DNA of 64,000 nt, taken from Macrostomum lignano (lineage: Eukaryota). Position numbers and translations under genes: made by a program. The stretch lies in contig NIVC01000652.1 of assembly GCA_002269645.1 (NCBI GenBank), forward strand, positions 248,001 to 312,000, written 5' to 3'. Each line of letters opens with the position of its first letter. Position 1 is the stretch's first letter. Shown here piece by piece: positions 62,277 to 64,000 of this stretch. The notes under the pieces are model-generated. The model saw nothing but the letters and a program-made list of their open reading frames with translations, did no database searches and had not been told where the DNA came from.

Positions 62277-64000
62277 ATGAACCTCAAATACCTGGTGCTG
62301 CTGGCCATGATGCTTGCAGCTTCACCGTGTGAGGCTGCATCAACTGCCCGATCCGAGCCGCCCAAAGCTTCTAAAACAAACAGCACTGCACCGCGCATCA
62401 AGCAGCTACTCGGTAGCATTGCGAACTCGGTGATCAAAGACTTCAGCAACCTGATGGAAGGCCTGAAGAACCAGAACCTGCTAGCCAACGGCAAAAAGAC
62501 TGGGAAGTCAGCCCACAAGTATCGGGCCAACGGCAGGAGTTCCGAATTCTCCTACTTCAATTTCGACGCCACCAAGGACAGAAAGTCGGCAACGTTCGTG
62601 AATTTTCAAGTGCACAATGGTTCGACAACGGAGCCGAAGAACAACCAGCTGAAAGGAACGGCGGATAAGTGCGACAAAGTGCGAATCGCGTGCACCACTT
62701 CCACCTGCAAAAGTGCGCAGTGCTTCTCCGAGTGTCCGAAAGGCTACCAGCCTAGCGACAAAGATAAAACACTGTGCGTTCCATGCAGCGCTGGCAACGC
62801 AAAAAGCTTTGAAGGTAACAGAAAATGCCGCGTCTGTATGGCAGGAACTTTCAGCGCATTCTCGCCGGAAGGATCCACTGGCTGCACTCCGTGTCCGACA
62901 GGCAGCTCGAGTGGACCAGGTGCAGCGCGTTGTACCAGCTGCAAGCCCGGGACATTCGCCTCAGCAACCGGATCATCGACCTGCACCCCGTGTTCAGCTG
63001 GATACTTTGCCAGTGAAGCCGGAGCAACAGGTTGCAGCAAGTGTTCCGCTGGCAGCTCGAGTGTCGAAGGTGCGGTAAAGTGCACCAGCTGCAAGGCCGG
63101 ATTCTCTGCGACCGCTGGCGCCGCGACCTGTGCTCCGTGCTCCTCTGGTAGCTTCGCCTCTCAGGCCGGTCAAGCCAACTGCAAAAAATGTCCTGCTGGA
63201 AGCTCGAGTGGACCAGGTGCGGAGAAGTGCACCAGCTGCATGGCCGGAACATTTGCGTCGTCAACTGGAGCATCGAAATGTACCGAATGTCCTGCTGGTA
63301 GCTCGAGCGGACCAGGTGCGAAGAAGTGCACCAGCTGCAAGGCCGGAACATTCGCGTCGTCAACTGGAGCATCGAAATGTACCGAATGTCCTGCTGGTAG
63401 CTCGAGTGAACCTGGTGCAGAGAAGTGTACCAGCTGCAAAGCCGGAACATTTGCGTCGTCAACTGGAGCATCGAAATGTACCGAATGTCCTGCTGGTAGC
63501 TCGAGCGGATCAGGTGCGAAGAAGTGCACCAGCTGCAAGTCCGGAACATTTGCGTCGTCAACTGGAGCATCGAAATGTACCGAATGTCCTGCTGGTAGCT
63601 CGAGCGGATCAGGTGCGAAGAAGTGCACCAGCTGCAAGTCCGGAACATTCGCGTCGTCAACTGGAGCATCGAAATGCACCGAATGTCCTGCTGGTAGCTC
63701 AAGTGGACCAGGTGCGAAGAAGTGCACCAGCTGCAAGGCCGGAACATTTGCGTCGTCAACTGGAGCATCGAAATGTACCGAATGTCCTGCTGGTAGCTCG
63801 AGCGGATCAGGTGCGAAGAAGTGCACCAGCTGCAAGTCCGGAACATTTGCGTCGTCAACTGGAGCATCGAAATGTACCGAATGTCCTGCTGGTAGCTCGA
63901 GCGGACCAGGTGCGAAGAAGTGCACCAGCTGCAAGTCCGGAACATTCGCGTCGTCAACTGGAGCATCGAAATGTACCGAATGTCCTGCTGGTAGCTCAAG
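62277..64000 (+). CDS. Secreted cysteine-rich CxxC repeat protein (GCC2/GCC3, ephrin-receptor-like Cys repeats), truncated by window end
   Basis: ATG at 62277. MNLKYLVLLAMMLAASPCEA signal peptide, about 110-aa Cys-free Lys/Asn-rich segment, then CPKGY..CVPCSAG..CTPCPTGS..CTSCKPGTFAS, followed by near-identical 33-aa (99-bp) units CPAGSSSGPGAKKCTSCKAGTFASSTGASKCTE. Frame is open to 64000 with no intron seen. Confidence 0.85.
   Translation, partial: MNLKYLVLLAMMLAASPCEAASTARSEPPKASKTNSTAPRIKQLLGSIANSVIKDFSNLMEGLKNQNLLANGKKTGKSAHKYRANGRSSEFSYFNFDATKDRKSATFVNFQVHNGSTTEPKNNQLKGTADKCDKVRIACTTSTCKSAQCFSECPKGYQPSDKDKTLCVPCSAGNAKSFEGNRKCRVCMAGTFSAFSPEGSTGCTPCPTGSSSGPGAARCTSCKPGTFASATGSSTCTPCSAGYFASEAGATGCSKCSAGSSSVEGAVKCTSCKAGFSATAGAATCAPCSSGSFASQAGQANCKKCPAGSSSGPGAEKCTSCMAGTFASSTGASKCTECPAGSSSGPGAKKCTSCKAGTFASSTGASKCTECPAGSSSEPGAEKCTSCKAGTFASSTGASKCTECPAGSSSGSGAKKCTSCKSGTFASSTGASKCTECPAGSSSGSGAKKCTSCKSGTFASSTGASKCTECPAGSSSGPGAKKCTSCKAGTFASSTGASKCTECPAGSSSGSGAKKCTSCKSGTFASSTGASKCTECPAGSSSGPGAKKCTSCKSGTFASSTGASKCTECPAGSS

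Noticed and set aside
62851-63999. Minus-strand repeat ORFs (382 and 254 aa)
   Set aside because: Antisense frames of the + strand Cys-rich gene, which has the signal peptide and regular CxxC pattern.

Overview
Eukaryotic (metazoan) genomic DNA with GC-rich spliceosomal exons separated by introns full of locus-private mini- and microsatellites. This architecture suggests a flatworm such as Macrostomum, which is inference only. Genes reconstructed by hand from splice sites and reading phase: (1) an intronless + strand neuropeptide-type precursor with 10 identical FAAPGQYDW peptides (1874-2338), apparently nested antisense in an intron; (2) a minus-strand SCYL2-type pseudokinase (25511 to at least 9293, probably continuing past 835); (3) a divergent 26S proteasome Rpt6/PSMC5 paralog with one frameshift (31693-29459); (4) a tandem-doublecortin + HELP + WD40 (DCX-EMAP-type) gene (45698-33169, with probable acidic upstream exons out to about 57975) carrying a 33-nt micro-exon and one frameshift; (5) a degenerate, intron-containing Crypton-like tyrosine-recombinase fragment (59373-59978) surrounded by repeated CATAGAC motifs; (6) a secreted CxxC-repeat protein that starts at 62277 and runs off the window, which the ORF track missed. 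Most long ORFs in the track are translations of tandem repeats. No rRNA, intact tRNA or CRISPR array is supported. Family assignments come from remembered motifs, not from database searches.
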